Shown in pieces: positions 25,504 through 38,723 of a DNA stretch of 64,000 nucleotides (within the stretch, counting starts at the first letter, position 1; each line of letters opens with the position of its first letter). The DNA comes from Amoeboaphelidium protococcarum X5 (Eukaryota > Fungi > Aphelidiomycota). A program made the position numbers and the translations under genes. The notes under the pieces were generated by a model. The model had not been told where the DNA came from. It saw only the letters and a list, made by a program, of their open reading frames with translations, and did no database searches. Location of the stretch: positions 6,908 to 70,907 of the forward strand of contig JALDTO010000207.1 of NCBI GenBank assembly GCA_023515725.1, written 5' to 3'.

Positions 25504-27094
25504 TCATTTCGAGTAAGAATCATCTCCATCATCTGCTTCTATCACAACCTTTCTCTGTCGCCTCACATCACTCCCATTTGGTAATCCGTTTTGATGGTTG
25601 ATTGATTGACTATTATAGGTAAAAGTACCACTATTAAGCTCTTCATTACGCCCATTAGCAGCATTTCTGTACGAATTAACACTGTTGCGGTGATATCCAG
25701 ATCTAGCATTAACATCTAGCGATTCAAAATGGTTCATTCTCTCAGCTCCGCCACCTCTGGGGACAACCTCGTTATGCTCTTTAAACATCAGCCTCTTTCG
25801 CATAGATTTAGGCAGCCACCATGTGGTCAAATATAGCGCCATATGAAGTGGAAGAGTAATGACAGTGCCCACAGTAGGAATGGAATCCAATATCCAATAG
25901 AAAGTACTGAGTAGCGGACGATCTCTTTGTTAACGATGAACATCCAATGCGCGAAGCTATTCACTAATCTACTTTTCCAATTACTGGAATCTATCTTCAT
26001 ATCGCAGAAAGTAACGTTACTCCTTCTTGGCCGTTCTCTTTAGATCCTTGTTCAGTCCGCGTAGATGAGGCTCAACCTGACTCTCCAGAACGTTACGAAT
26101 CTTTCTATCCGCATCATCTCTCTACTCACTCAGATGACTAGTTAGAGAGGCCATGCGCAGTTCCAAATCAGTAACCTTCTTCTTCAGCGTATCAACATCA
26201 GTATTTGGGTAATGCACTTCATACTACAGGCTGGATGCGTGTTGTTTCAACAGACGCGATAGATGGATAAGTGGACGGATGTACGCCGTAAGAACGTACA
26301 AGGCCATAGGAAAATCATTGATAAGGTGACGATATACGTGCAAGTGTGGCCTGATGTAACGTAAAAATACAGCACCGGCGAATGGACAAGCAAACACCAG
26401 ACCAAAATAGAACCATTCCAAAAACCATAATCTCCAAATGGCAGCCTATCTCTCCTTCTCTGCAGGGTGTTGGGGAGAGGTGATACCGGCTGTATAACTC
26501 TGCGCAACTCGACTAATCTGTCTATAATTTACTTTGGCACTAACATACAACTCCCAAGGTACTACATATGTCCAATTAACAGCAGGTTAATCAATTGTAT
26601 ATAATCGAGTCAAATGACAAAGACTTACATTTAATGAGACCATATAGGTAGAATGCGATAATCAGCAACATGAACCCCTCACTCCATTCCTCAATCTTAC
26701 CACCATAATAGATGGTCAACAGCGGTGGTAGAACGGCAAAGAACACTGGCCACTGATAATAGTCAGCCACAATCTTACTTGCCACTTGGCTCGGTGAGGC
26801 ATGTTCCATTTCAGCAGCGAGCGGATATGCAGAGAACAGCCTCGATGGACTATCACTGCGACCAGTTCCTAGTTATTGGCTATAATCATGATGATGATGA
26901 TGATGGTGAGGATGTGCCAAGGGTGAATATGAAGAGGCAGCGGCCTGACCAGATGATGTTTTAGTCGCCTCGAGAGGGGAAACAAATTTAGAAGGGGAGC
27001 CAGGCAGATTTGAGGTGACAGCACTTCTTCCACTAGGATTAAGGGCAGCAGGCGAAGAATTAGGAGCAGCAGAATTTTGAGTTGATGTTGGCAT
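25504..27094 (-). CDS. Uncharacterised fungal-type membrane/coiled-coil protein, intron 26562-26628
   Basis: WPVFFAVLPPL...GLIKLPWELY...FACPFAGA...YIRPLIHL then coiled coil; recalls a conserved uncharacterised fungal family; N-terminal His run. Confidence 0.8.
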
Positions 27095-27105
27095 TTTGTA
27101 ATTTT

Positions 27106-27129
27106 AATTATTATTATTATTATTATTAT
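27106..27129. repeat. (ATT)n microsatellite
   Basis: Direct inspection; lies just upstream of the ATG at 27094. Confidence 0.85.
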
Positions 27130-27768
27130 CAGTACCGGAATCGTTCTATCTGTTGTTCCCAGCACTACTTGTCTATGAAGAATGACTCAATGTCATCTTA
27201 TTACGGCAGTTGTCGGAACTGAATGAATGAGTTATTGAGTGGTTGAGTGAGTGAGTGACAGGGAAAACAACTGTTCTTAAACACTGCGCGTGCGAACGAA
27301 CGAACGATCAGATGATGATTGCGTTTGAAATGGACGGGGATCAGAGTCAATGAGTGCAGATCTACTGTACATTTGAGTAAAGTTAGGCGACGAAAAGAGT
27401 GAATGGTATGACTCTTCTCAGTTCTTCTAAGTGGAGGCTTTTTAGTGCTGAGATCTGAAACGACATATTTCGAGATGAGGTAAAATGTTCAAAAAGTTTG
27501 GTGAAACAAAGTACGTGATATAGTCTTTCGGCTTTGGTATCTTGATGCTATCATCAAAAGCCTTGACATATATTCAGTTACAGAACACTGCTACTTTATG
27601 CTATGGATTGCGATGATCTTCGTATCTAAATATTTTGCGTTTTATATCTTCTCCGATTATCAAATGCTGTTCAAATTATTAACGTTGCAATACTTCCCGT
27701 GTAATTCTTTCAAACTATACAGTCCCGCGCGTCAATTTAATATTCACCAATTTAAACCAGCAGAAATT

Positions 27769-28330
27769 ATGAATAAATTCTTCCAACTTTAGTCAAGAGT
27801 AAGAATAATCATTAATTGAGCTTGCTTATAATTCCGAGTATAAATAGTTTTGTGTAGGCACTCTCTGCTTCCACCAGCAAGCGTTATGGTTTTGGCTACG
27901 TGAACAAAGTTGTACTGGTTGGCAATGTTGGCAGTTAGCCAGATGTTCGTCAAATCAGCGAAGAGCGTCAGATTGTCAGCTTCCCTCTGGCAACCTCTGA
28001 GTCATATAAGAACAACCAGACTGGTGAGATGGACAAGAAGACGCAATGGCATCGTGTACAAATCATGGCGCCGTACACTGCTGAGTTTGTGACAAAGAAT
28101 GTTACGTCTGGGTAAGAGTGAAGTTTCGGTGCTTACCTTTCATATGTAACGACTTATTATAAGGTAGAACACGCGTGTATGTTGAAGGCAAGATTAGCTA
28201 CCGTGAATATGAGAAAGATGGTGTCAAGAAGAACTTTACTGACATTATTGTGGATCGCTCAGGGAATATTGTTGTGCTGTCTCCTAAATCTGGAGAGGTT
28301 GCAAGTGAAGATGTGAATGAGACTCAGTGA
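27769..28330 (+). CDS. SSBP1: Mitochondrial single-stranded DNA-binding protein (SSBP1/RIM1-like), introns 27799-27857 and 28112-28167
   Basis: VNKVVLVGNVGSQP, SLATSES, KTQWHRV, GTRVYVEGKISYREYEKDG. Confidence 0.93.
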
Positions 28331-28556
28331 TTTTGCTGATTGAATATCGCACTGGTATATACGGGATTTCTAGTACTAATTATCAATGCTATTTTTCGGA
28401 TATATGTCTATTTTTAAGCCATGCCCTTAAGACGTAACTTAACTACGCGCGTGGTGAGGGGCCATCTTCTATCTCAGTCTTCTACATCTTGTCTCACGAC
28501 CCCCTTCAAGTTAAATAGATTTTAAAAGCATTTAAATAAATTTAATAGTGTCATAA

Positions 28557-30086
28557 ATGGAAATCCAAAAGTCTGTAGTGTGTTCTGATAGCGAAGACTC
28601 GATTGTTGTAACTTCGTCTATTGAACCTTTGGCTAAAGATGATGATAGTCAACTTTCTGAAATAACTAAACGGAGTAATAACTCGGCCAAGAAAGTGTAT
28701 TACGATGTTTCTATGCTCGGCCTCTCATTCTGCCTCATATTCACCGGGTATCATGTGGCTTAGTCTTTTGTCACAACATTGTATCGAGATGAAGGATTCG
28801 GTGTGCTTTGTGTGATCTACTTGGCGTACTGTATTGGTTGCCTGTGTGCACCTGCTATTCATCAAATGATGGAGCGTATAGCTGGCCCTGGTAAGTAGGA
28901 GCGTTTGTGTATGAGTGCCGCGTCCTTAGGCTACGTTGCGTTTGTGTTCTCTCTGATCAGTGGAAGCACTGCTCTGATTTACCTTTCTGGTTTTGTTAAA
29001 GGCATCAGCAGTGGCATTTTATGGGTGAGTTAGGGAGTTTACATAAACAAAATCTTGTCCACGGAAACCTATTCATCCAGTGTCAAGTCTACCAAGATTG
29101 TCGGTCTCGCTGTTGGACTCTTTTTTATGGTTTACAATATCAACGGTGTTATTGGAAATGGCATTACCATAGCACTACTTCAAATGGGTACATCTGTGTA
29201 AATGACCCTGCTTGCTATGGGTGTGGTATCTTCTGTTGGCGCCTTGATGACCTTGCTGGTCTCAGATTCTCCTGTGGTGGTGTAGAAAGCTACGGGAAAG
29301 CAAGTGGTGGATTCTACAAACACTCTGTCATCGACGCTATCGGCAGAGAAATAGTCCAATACACTATCTATTTTTGGAGAACTCAAGAGCATGTACGGCA
29401 TTTTGAAGAATCGCAAAGTATAGTTTCTGATGCCCTATTTTATTTTACAAGGTATAAGTTTGGCATACACGTATGGAAACTATCCGGCGTTCATTAGTCA
29501 ATTGACTTCATCCGGGGATAACTCTGAGTCAACATTTGACACTAGTCAGGCAACTAATATTGCGTACGGATTCTTATTGTACAGTGTTGGTTCAGTTATC
29601 GGCTCAATGCTGTGGGGGAAAGTCTATGACTACTTTAAACAGAGCCTGTATCCCCTTCTGACGTGCCACAGCATTCTTACTGGGCTCAACTTTTCCGTGA
29701 TTGTCTACTTGATATTTGCCGAGGATAAAAGTATTATACTGCCTGGATTTGTGGTGGTTGGATTTGTATTTGGCTTGTCAGATTTCCTGATCAATGCCAT
29801 AATCAACAACTCTATTAACAGTCATTTTGACGCGGCAGATATTAACAAGGTGTTTACTTGTTATCGCGTACTTTTCTCAATTGGGTTCGTCATAGCCTCT
29901 GTGGTTGGATCTATTTTACCCAACGTAAATATGTAAAGTGCGTCCAACTGGGACAAGTATGGGTGGGTGATCATTGCTTGCTTGGACATTGGATTTACAG
30001 CCATAAGCGTTCTATGCGGTTTCTTTATGGAATAGCGGTACGGATCTCAAATTAGAAGATCTAGCTTACCTGTTGCATTTCATTGA
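28557..30086 (+). CDS. UNC93/MFSD11-like MFS membrane protein, copy 1, 509 aa
   Basis: LGLSFCLIFTGYHVAQS, GISSGILWVSQGVY (Q=TAG), VIGNGI; multiple TM segments. Confidence 0.88.
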
Positions 30087-30360
30087 ATGTCTTTTACACG
30101 AATGTTACGTCGTAGTCTAAAGATTAACAATAATGATGTGATGTTTGTAAAACGTTAGAAATAGAGATAAAAGTTTAGATCTTTTACACAACGTTGTTTG
30201 ATTTGCTCATTGTTTGATCAGTCTGAATGACATATTTTCAAAAACACATGCTAGAAGGTTATCGCTCAGTCCCAGTGTTCTCTTGAACTTTTATAGTTTT
30301 GATATAAGGTAAAGCAGTCTTATTGATCCCTAAAAAGTCTTAATACTTACCTTAATTCTC

Positions 30361-31881
30361 ATGATGATGAAAGCAAGAGATTCAGATGCCACATTGGATT
30401 CAGTGATGCTTGGCTCTGAGGAGATCCTCTTGGAGAATCTGCAGAAACGAAAGGTTGAAACAGCTCAACAAGAGGCTCAAGTGAAAACTCAGGTATGGAG
30501 ATAAGTTACGTATTTAGGCCTCTGCTTTTGTATCTTATTTCTTGGATTTAATGTGACCGAGTCGTTTGCAACTTCGATCTACCCATCCTCATTTGGCTTT
30601 TTGGTTCTGATGCTAGTCTATGCTGGATTCGGTCTATCGTGTCTATTGGTTCCTCTTGTTACGAGATTAACTGATCAGTATAGAATAGGCGATAAATGGA
30701 TTATGTTCATTGCATCGGTTGCTTATACATTCTATGCATTCTCTATCGCGTCTTCTCTGTAATGGTTAGCTGCCCTAGGAGCGGTGTTATGCGGGCTATC
30801 AGCTGGTTTCATGTGGACGTCACAAGGACTCTATCTCTTATCACTTATTAATTAGCTTCCTAATCAATCACCATTATCATCTGGATAGTCAATCGGTAGA
30901 CTTACTGGGCTATTCTTTTCCATTTTTAATGCCAACTGCATTGTTGGAAATCTACTCATCATCGCCCTCCTGAAAAGCAATGTAAGCTTGAATCAAGTTT
31001 TATGGGTAACCGGTGGACTCTGCGTCTGTGCTTGTATAATGTTCCTCTTTGTTTAGAAGACAGGCATCAAGCGTTAACCAGGATCTATTATTGTTGATTC
31101 TAACGTCATTAAATAGAACAGAGTAGGTAGTAAGCAGAGCATTGTAAAAGAATACGCTGTAGGATTTAGAAAATTTTTACGCGATTAAAGGTATCTGCTG
31201 CTTATACCGTACATGATGGCTCAAGGTGCTGGCCTGGCTTTCTCATTTGGAACATTGCCCCTGTTCGTAGACTTTCACGTTCAAACGTATCTGGGTGTGG
31301 CTTATGAAAATGCGGTGGCGATAAAGATTTGCATTTGTTTTATATGTTATGGCTTTGGCTCTGTCATTGGATCGTACGTATGGGGATTAGTTTACGACAA
31401 GTTCAAGTAGTCAATCTTACCTTTGCTGTCTTCTCAGGTGATACTTACCCTCCTTGCTCACTCACTGCTTATAATATCTACCGGGATCTTTGTGCCATTA
31501 GGTAATTTGTCACCCGATCTGCATTTCACGTCATTCATCGCAACAAGTGCCTTCATCTTGGGTACTACTGATTATTTGATGAATTCAGTTATCAATAATC
31601 TCATGTCTTCGTTTGCTCAAAAGTGCAATCAAATTCTCGCGGTTGGATCTGAAGCTTCGCGGCCACAAGTCTATGCATTCTCTTGGTATCGCTTTTGGTA
31701 TTGTCTGGGATTTGTATTCACCGCTCTAATATACTCCTACCTTCCACAAGTCAACGAAGCTCATGATTTCGAGTCCACACACAACACTGGCTGGATATAT
31801 AACAACTTGATCAGTATCATTTTCATGGCAACAAGCGTTGTCTGCGGTTTGAAGATTCAGTTTCTAAATCAATAGATGTGA
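30361..31881 (+). CDS. UNC93/MFSD11-like MFS membrane protein, copy 2, 506 aa
   Basis: LGLCFCILFLGFNVTES, GLSAGFMWTSQGLY, IVGNLL; colinear with copy 1 (GSVIGS..WG.VYD.FKQS). Confidence 0.88.
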
Positions 31882-32141
31882 TGAATTTGTTGTTAAAGTA
31901 TCTTTTGATTAGCTAGTTTTGACTATTAACTCGCGCATCTTAGGTAATTATACAATAAATTAAGGCGACTTATTTGAAATCGCTTCCATGTATTGCTCTA
32001 TATAGACTCGCCGTAGTAATAACACCATCGCCTGTAACATTTTCGTTGATCAGCAGTTTCGCGCGCAATTTCTTCTTGTCATCGAAAGCTCTTATTTCTC
32101 AGTTGCATCAAGATATACAGTACAGTGTACATTTACATACA

Positions 32142-32783
32142 ATGGTAAGTATATTTAGCCTCTAAATTTAGTGAAATTACAATTTACTGTTAATTAAATA
32201 TTACCTTTAATATTTAAATGTTTAGGTGACCAAGAATTTACAGTTAGTCCCTAGTACCGTCGCTTCCGAGGTTCAGCCTCAAGCTCTAACACACAACGAC
32301 CCTGCGCTGTCTCATGAGGACTGGCAGGTGAGAGATACATTTCGTTATGGAATGGCCACAGCGGATGACATTGTGATGGATGGCGGTAAGGATGGCCAGG
32401 CGGTGGAGTTGAAATCCTATTTGGAAAAGTATGAGTAGAACAAGAGCACTTTGAGAAGTGAAATGGAGGCTCGAGTTTTTGGCAGTCACGTCAAGGTGCG
32501 GGATGCTCTACTGGAACGTGAATGGAAGTAAAAGTAGCTGGGATAGACGAGAATGCCTGCACTGGCTCACTCTCTCGCCGTAGCTAGTCCATGCAGTACC
32601 AGTGGTGGACATTTGGGTGGCAGCAATGTCGGTCAAGATATCCTTAATGGCACTTTCGATGATTTCTCCCATGATTTTGGCTCCGTATTCTCATCCGGTG
32701 CTGCTGGTGCTTCATTCGACCAGCTGATTAACGTTCACTCCTCTGCTGAAGTGCATCGCTTAGGATGGAACAGAGCTGCTTGA
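32142..32783 (+). CDS. Proteasome maturation factor UMP1/POMP-like; ATG-only first exon, intron 32145-32225
   Basis: RDTFRYG, VFGSHVKVR, SNVGQDILNGTFDD, NVHSSAE match the UMP1 pattern; ATG|gtaagt donor. Confidence 0.72.
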
Positions 32784-32831
32784 GCTTTTATTTGAGTGCG
32801 AAAGTATTGTAAAAATGACAAAGTGATAACG

Positions 32832-34436
32832 TCATGACAAGTTATTTGACTTTTATTTTTATTCTTATTACTAGTGATTATGATGTTGATGATGACCGTG
32901 ATCATGTTGGTGATTATTGTGATGGTGATGGTGGTGATGATTAGGTGTATGATCTAGGTGCTTGTGCAAGTCTTGATCCATCTGAATATAAAGCCATTTA
33001 ACACCACCAGGGATAGATTATCTAACAGCCTTCTCAATTTCCTCTGGCACTTGATATTACTTGACACTTTCAATTACATCTGATGGCAATTGAGCATTAG
33101 ATAAAGTAATAACTTTCATAGCGACAAACCATTAACCATCTGACACTTCATAACAGACAAAATCCTATATGGCTGATATATAATTACCAAACACCTGACC
33201 ATTAGTCAATGGAATACTTATGGTCATAATTTTAGATCGTAATGCAACAAGAGACTCTAGATGAGGATTATCCATTTAGAGGGTGGATGTGAGTACTCCA
33301 CCAGGCGGAAAGTACAACGAGCACATTATACTCACACATCTACCCATAAGAGGCACTACATTGTACAACATGAGCAGTGCAATACCGAGACTACACAATG
33401 CATCTAACCATCCCCATCTCTCTGCACCACCATCTGCATACCGTATCACTAGTGCAGACAGTAGCAATGACACCGAACCCAAAGCATCTCCCAGTATATG
33501 CAAATACATACTCTAGAATATAAGACCACCTTCCTAATGACTATGACCATGATCGTGATCCTTATGGCTATGACTATGATCGTGATCCTTATGGCTATGA
33601 CTATGTCCGTGATGGTCATGATCATGTGAGTGATCAGATTTATGATCTTTATGGCTATGACTATGATGGTTATGACCGTGCGAACAGCTACCATGTCCAT
33701 GACCGTGATGATGATCGAAAGCAAATATTCCAATCATATTAACCAATAGACCAGCAATGACAACCACCACAAAGGAATCATTGACAATCAACTCAATTTT
33801 GTGAGAGTGTCCCTCCTGATGACCAACAGAGTGATGATCTAAATCTCCTGTGGATATATCAGCTATGGCACTACTATTACTCTAGAATATAAGATAAATA
33901 TACAGCCGATATACAGCCTGATTAACGATACTGACACCAGTAGACAGCAGGAAGACGCAATTGATCAGAGTGGCCAAAGGCTCAACTCGAGCATATCCAA
34001 ACGGTTTGTTGTATGAGGATATTAAATCCGTATCACTCAATGGACCAGCTTTACCAAGAATCTATTACTGTTTTTGGTCAGAACCAACCAGCAGTGCCAC
34101 AACTAGACCAAAGAATACACCAAAACTATCGAAAGCCATGTGCAGAGCATCACTCTACATGCCCAGAGAATTGGACAAGATTCCATATACATACTCCACA
34201 ACCATAAGCAATAGATTAAGAGCCAAAAATATCTGAATCCGCCTAGTCTAGTCACTTTTACCAAATTATGCCAGCGATCTAATAGCATTCCATACCCACT
34301 AGATTAAGCTGCGACCAACAGACTACTGGCGACTAACATTGGGCAGCGGTAAATGTCCATGAGAACTTCTCACAGCCTTCTAGTACTTGTTGCTATCACT
34401 ATCAAAGTAATAACCATCGGCACTAGGAGTCATCAT
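32832..34436 (-). CDS. Cation diffusion facilitator zinc transporter (ZnT7/Msc2-like), 534 aa
   Basis: NSLGMQSDALHMAFD, PFGYARVE, long His-rich loop, MYLHILGDALGSV, His-rich tail. Confidence 0.93.
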
Positions 34437-34721
34437 TCTCAAATATGCTTTATAGTATCTAAACTATTGCGATCAATGCCTGCAAGTACTGTATAAAGGG
34501 ATGTTCAACGCAAAGACTTGTTTCACGGATCGATTCAATTAGGAGAAAACGAGGCGAACGAAGAACAAAGGCGAGCGCCACGCAAAGCAACACTAAGAGC
34601 TTACCGTCAATGACGTGACGAGATGATATCTCATACCATGAAAAGGGAAACTTTAAATCAGATACTAAGCATTAATCTAAATCCTTTATTATAAAATTAA
34701 TACTTATTTCTATCACTTCAT

Positions 34722-37340
34722 TCAATAGCCACCACGGCCAGGAGTAGAGACGCTGGTAATTCTGAGCTGCTCAACTTTGGCGCATAATCTCTCGCGTCTC
34801 TTCAAAATGAAATATATCAACATCCACAGACACGCGAGAGCTACCACGTAGTATACTGCCAACAGTAGCCATCCGATAGCGTATGTTCCAGTAAATTTCA
34901 ACTAGTTTGCATTAAGAACGGCACTTGAGGACACTGGAGAGTTGGCTGCATAGTTGAATAGTGACGAAACGCTTAATTTAACTTGACCGGCATTGTACCA
35001 GTCTGTATCGTTATTATTATTCTATTGAATGCTTAAGTTTCCATTAGCATGATATATATTCTAGTAACCATTATTGTTCGCCAAAAACATAGTCGACTTT
35101 AACGTTGTCTGATGATCGATAGAACTCGACCCCACCCATATACCTTTGTTGTATAACTCGATGGATGACCATTTGGAGAATTGGAACAAGTACGGACATG
35201 ATACACCGGCTGCCAGAAATGCACAAACACTTATGGTCAGGACTGCCATGAAGCTGGAGAATAGCTATGACTTTAGATTTCTTGCGCGTATCGCAAAGTC
35301 TGTACTGGTGACAGTATTAGAAGAAAATTGATCACGAAATCTGTATATCGCAATAGAGCCTTCCGTGCCAGCAATAGAACCAATAAATGAACACAATGCC
35401 GGATATATGCCAAGCGAGAGAGTTATGATCAATGCAAAGTAGGTAAACACTACACTTCCACCATTTGGAATGACATAAGAACCGAATATTACCGCTAAAA
35501 TACCACTAATACTAAAGATAATCTGATATTAAGCCAGTGAGTGCATAACCGAAGCTTATTTTGCCTGAGTTTTAATCTCTGCGATGTACTCTTCTTCATT
35601 CTTGGCACATACCTATTGCACACACATTCTACTCTCAGATCTAGATCTGATGAATACAAATAGGAACGAACAGAAGCAAGCAAATACCACCAACGATAGA
35701 TACGCTAGAATGCGGCCAACTTTGCTAAAGTACAACATGTCGTCCATTACTTGATTCAGATACCAGCTAGTAGCATGAACACCAAGAGACAGTGCAAACA
35801 CAACACAGTATAAAATCCATCCACTGAGTGAAAACCCATAACTCATCACAAACTTCCATATTTTTGCAAAAGACACTTGGCCACTGGCAAATCTCTCAGA
35901 AGCAGATCCACTGCCGTAAGTATTACGCGCCTCGTCACGCAAATCAGCCAACTCTATCTCACCGTCTACATCATTACTATGATCAATGGCGCGCTTGAGA
36001 TCAATTCCATAAATGACGGCGCTTAGAAATATACTGACAGCGCCGACAATAATAAGAAGGACATTCTCGTATTAGCGATTAACGTCTTCTTAGTTTTAAG
36101 ATGATGACGTGGTGACAATAATAAGACGAATTAACTCAACCAAAATCTAAGGCAGCACACAGAATCCAAGTATAAAGAATCTCCACACAGAAAATGCCAC
36201 ATTACGTCCTAAAGCATTCATAAATGCGTTATCTGTCGTTGATTCCGGCTCAATGATAGACTTCATGAAATCCGACAATTAGTTATTCAAAGAACCATTG
36301 AAATTAAATATCACTGCAAATATAACGATAGCCAGCGCTACACCGATCAGTAGGCCGGCAACAACAGGTCTCACGAGCATGAATAAAATGTTGAAGGATT
36401 TCGAATCATAAATTTATCCACCATTAGCCGCTGCCGTATTATTCCATATCGCGCCGGGAACTAGAGCCAGTGCACCACTAAGTAAGGCAATCAAGCACAT
36501 ACAACGTACGAAAAATGATCCAGCTTTACGAACGTTTACTTTAGACAGGGACCACGCGCGTCTACCTATAACCAACGTCATTACACTTAACATCACAAAA
36601 GCTGCCGCCATCATCATGCCAAACATACCAGTAACGGAATGCAGCGTCCAGTTAGACTATAGGTGCTGAGGCATGAACCTGGCGATAGATGATGTGGCAT
36701 ACACGTTACATGCCATGATTGCAGCAAACAGCAAATTGATGAGCGAAAGAGTACTTCTGGGTAGCCTTGACTGGTACAAGTACTTTTTACACAGCGCCGC
36801 GTGACTATCCTGATTAACTCCAAATTGACTAGATTTAGTTGCACTTCCATATTACTTCATGCTCTAACTTCTCTTAGCGCCTCCACCACCAACCCCCAAC
36901 GGAACATCCACCAAATTGTCATCATTCAGCGTACTTCTTCTCCTGTTCAAAAGCGCCTGAAAACTCTCCTAAGAATATGATCTTTCATGTTATAGACTAT
37001 ACTTCTTCCTTGCATTCACACTCTTACTACCAGATGACACAATTGAATTTTGATCTTAATCAGGACTGTTAGCATTAGCAGTAGAATCCAGACGCGTCTC
37101 TTCATTAAAGCGGGTGCCGGAGCTAGACGTGCTATCACTAGATGATACGCTTTTCTCATTATTATTTTGGTTAATATCATTGCTCTATGTGAATGGATTA
37201 AACAACAGAGCACTCTGCACATCATTAGAGTCAAATGGATTGTAATTTTAGACCAATCCCTACTGAGACGATGCCTGATCTGCATCTTACTGAAGTGGGA
37301 TACTGGAATAATAATGATCTTAACCTTAGTCACTACTCAT
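34722..37340 (-). CDS. Polytopic membrane protein (possibly MFS-like), 872 aa
   Basis: Track ORFs starting at 36626, 35951, 35450 and 35249 share one frame with ATG 37340; many hydrophobic segments; polar N-terminus. Family not recognised. Confidence 0.75.
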
Positions 37341-37983
37341 AATATCCAAAAAGAATTGAACCCAATATCAAGAAATTTAATATGTAAAAGGATATTTAAA
37401 AGAGCAACTATCAAGGCTTAGTTGACTACTCCGTAGCTAAATCTTTGTTCAATTGCGTGCCCCTTGTCACGCGCGCCATAATTGTGTGCCTTTTTACGGC
37501 CGTATACTTCATTTGACTTAAATGTTTCATTGTTATTAAGTGTGTAAGCTCAAATAAATGTATTCCTCGTACTGTCACAAACATAATTAATGAAAATTGA
37601 ATCTTTTTGTTTGCATGTATTTAGGTGAGCAAAATTTTACCTGATAAAGCAGCCAATACAGCTGAAAATAAACTGTGGCCCCATTTCTCCAACTGCTAAA
37701 GGATGTTGATATCAATTTCATTCGTCAAATATCAAAAAATCTTCTGTTTAAAGAAGTTGAGGCTTTATTTGATGAACGACAGAGAGTCAAGCACCAACGT
37801 ACAGTATTGAGACTGCAGACGCGTTCGAAGACTAAAGAAACGTGAATCAGTTAAATGAAGCAAAACGCCGTGACAGTAAAGACTTCTAAAGGCAAAAACG
37901 CTAAAAAGATCAGTCAGAACGATAATAGCGATGAGGTAAACCAGTTTATTATATGTAATATCACTCGTCTCCACACAGCAAGA

Positions 37984-38418
37984 TCACTTCAATGGAACGA
38001 ATCTAGAAGAGTGAGTAGCACCAATACCAGGACGACCGTGCTTCACTGGCTTATAAGACATACTAAACTCTGCCAAGTAGTGACCAACCATCTCTGGCTT
38101 AACCTCAACCTGGATAAAAGTCTTTCCATTGTACACTCCAACGACGGATCCAATCATCTCTGGGAGAATGATCATGTTACGCAAATGAGTCTTCACGACA
38201 GCCGGCTTCTCTGTTGGCTCACATGCCTCCTTGGCCGCACGAAGCTTCTTGATCAGATTGGTGTGTTTTCTCTTCAATCCACGAGCAAATCTACGACGGA
38301 CACGAGCGTGCATCAGAGGCATCAACTGCTCGGTCGACATGTCCAACAAATTGTCCAACTCAACTCCACGGAAGGTATATTTCTTAAATTGACGCTTCTT
38401 TGATTAATCGTCAGCCAT
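37984..38418 (-). CDS. RPS15: 40S ribosomal protein S15 (uS19), 144 aa
   Basis: [44 protein letters not shown]. Confidence 0.99.
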
Positions 38419-38723
38419 CTTTAAATTGTATGTATTTATATCTTTACTATACTCAAAATACTACTGCTCTCTGCAATAAGATCGAGTGACGCGCTTGAAT
38501 ATTGCCAGAAAATAAATTTCGGTCAGCTAAGGTTGAGAAATGAATCGCGCGCGAGATCTCTCCTTTTGCTTTGTTCACCGGCCTTTAATGGCGTACTGTT
38601 AACTGAAAACCGCGAGTCTTGAGATAAGATCATAAGGAGTCACATGGGGGACCATTTGTAGGTGCATCAGACTGATTAAACTAAGAAATTATACCGATAT
38701 TGAAACATTCGCTTTTATTATGC

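Noticed and set aside
37855-38403. 182-aa plus-strand ORF, and similar track ORFs such as 48053..48640, 20844..21161 and 13302..13652
   Set aside because: Antisense shadows of RPS15, TPR-like, ILV1 and Rieske genes.
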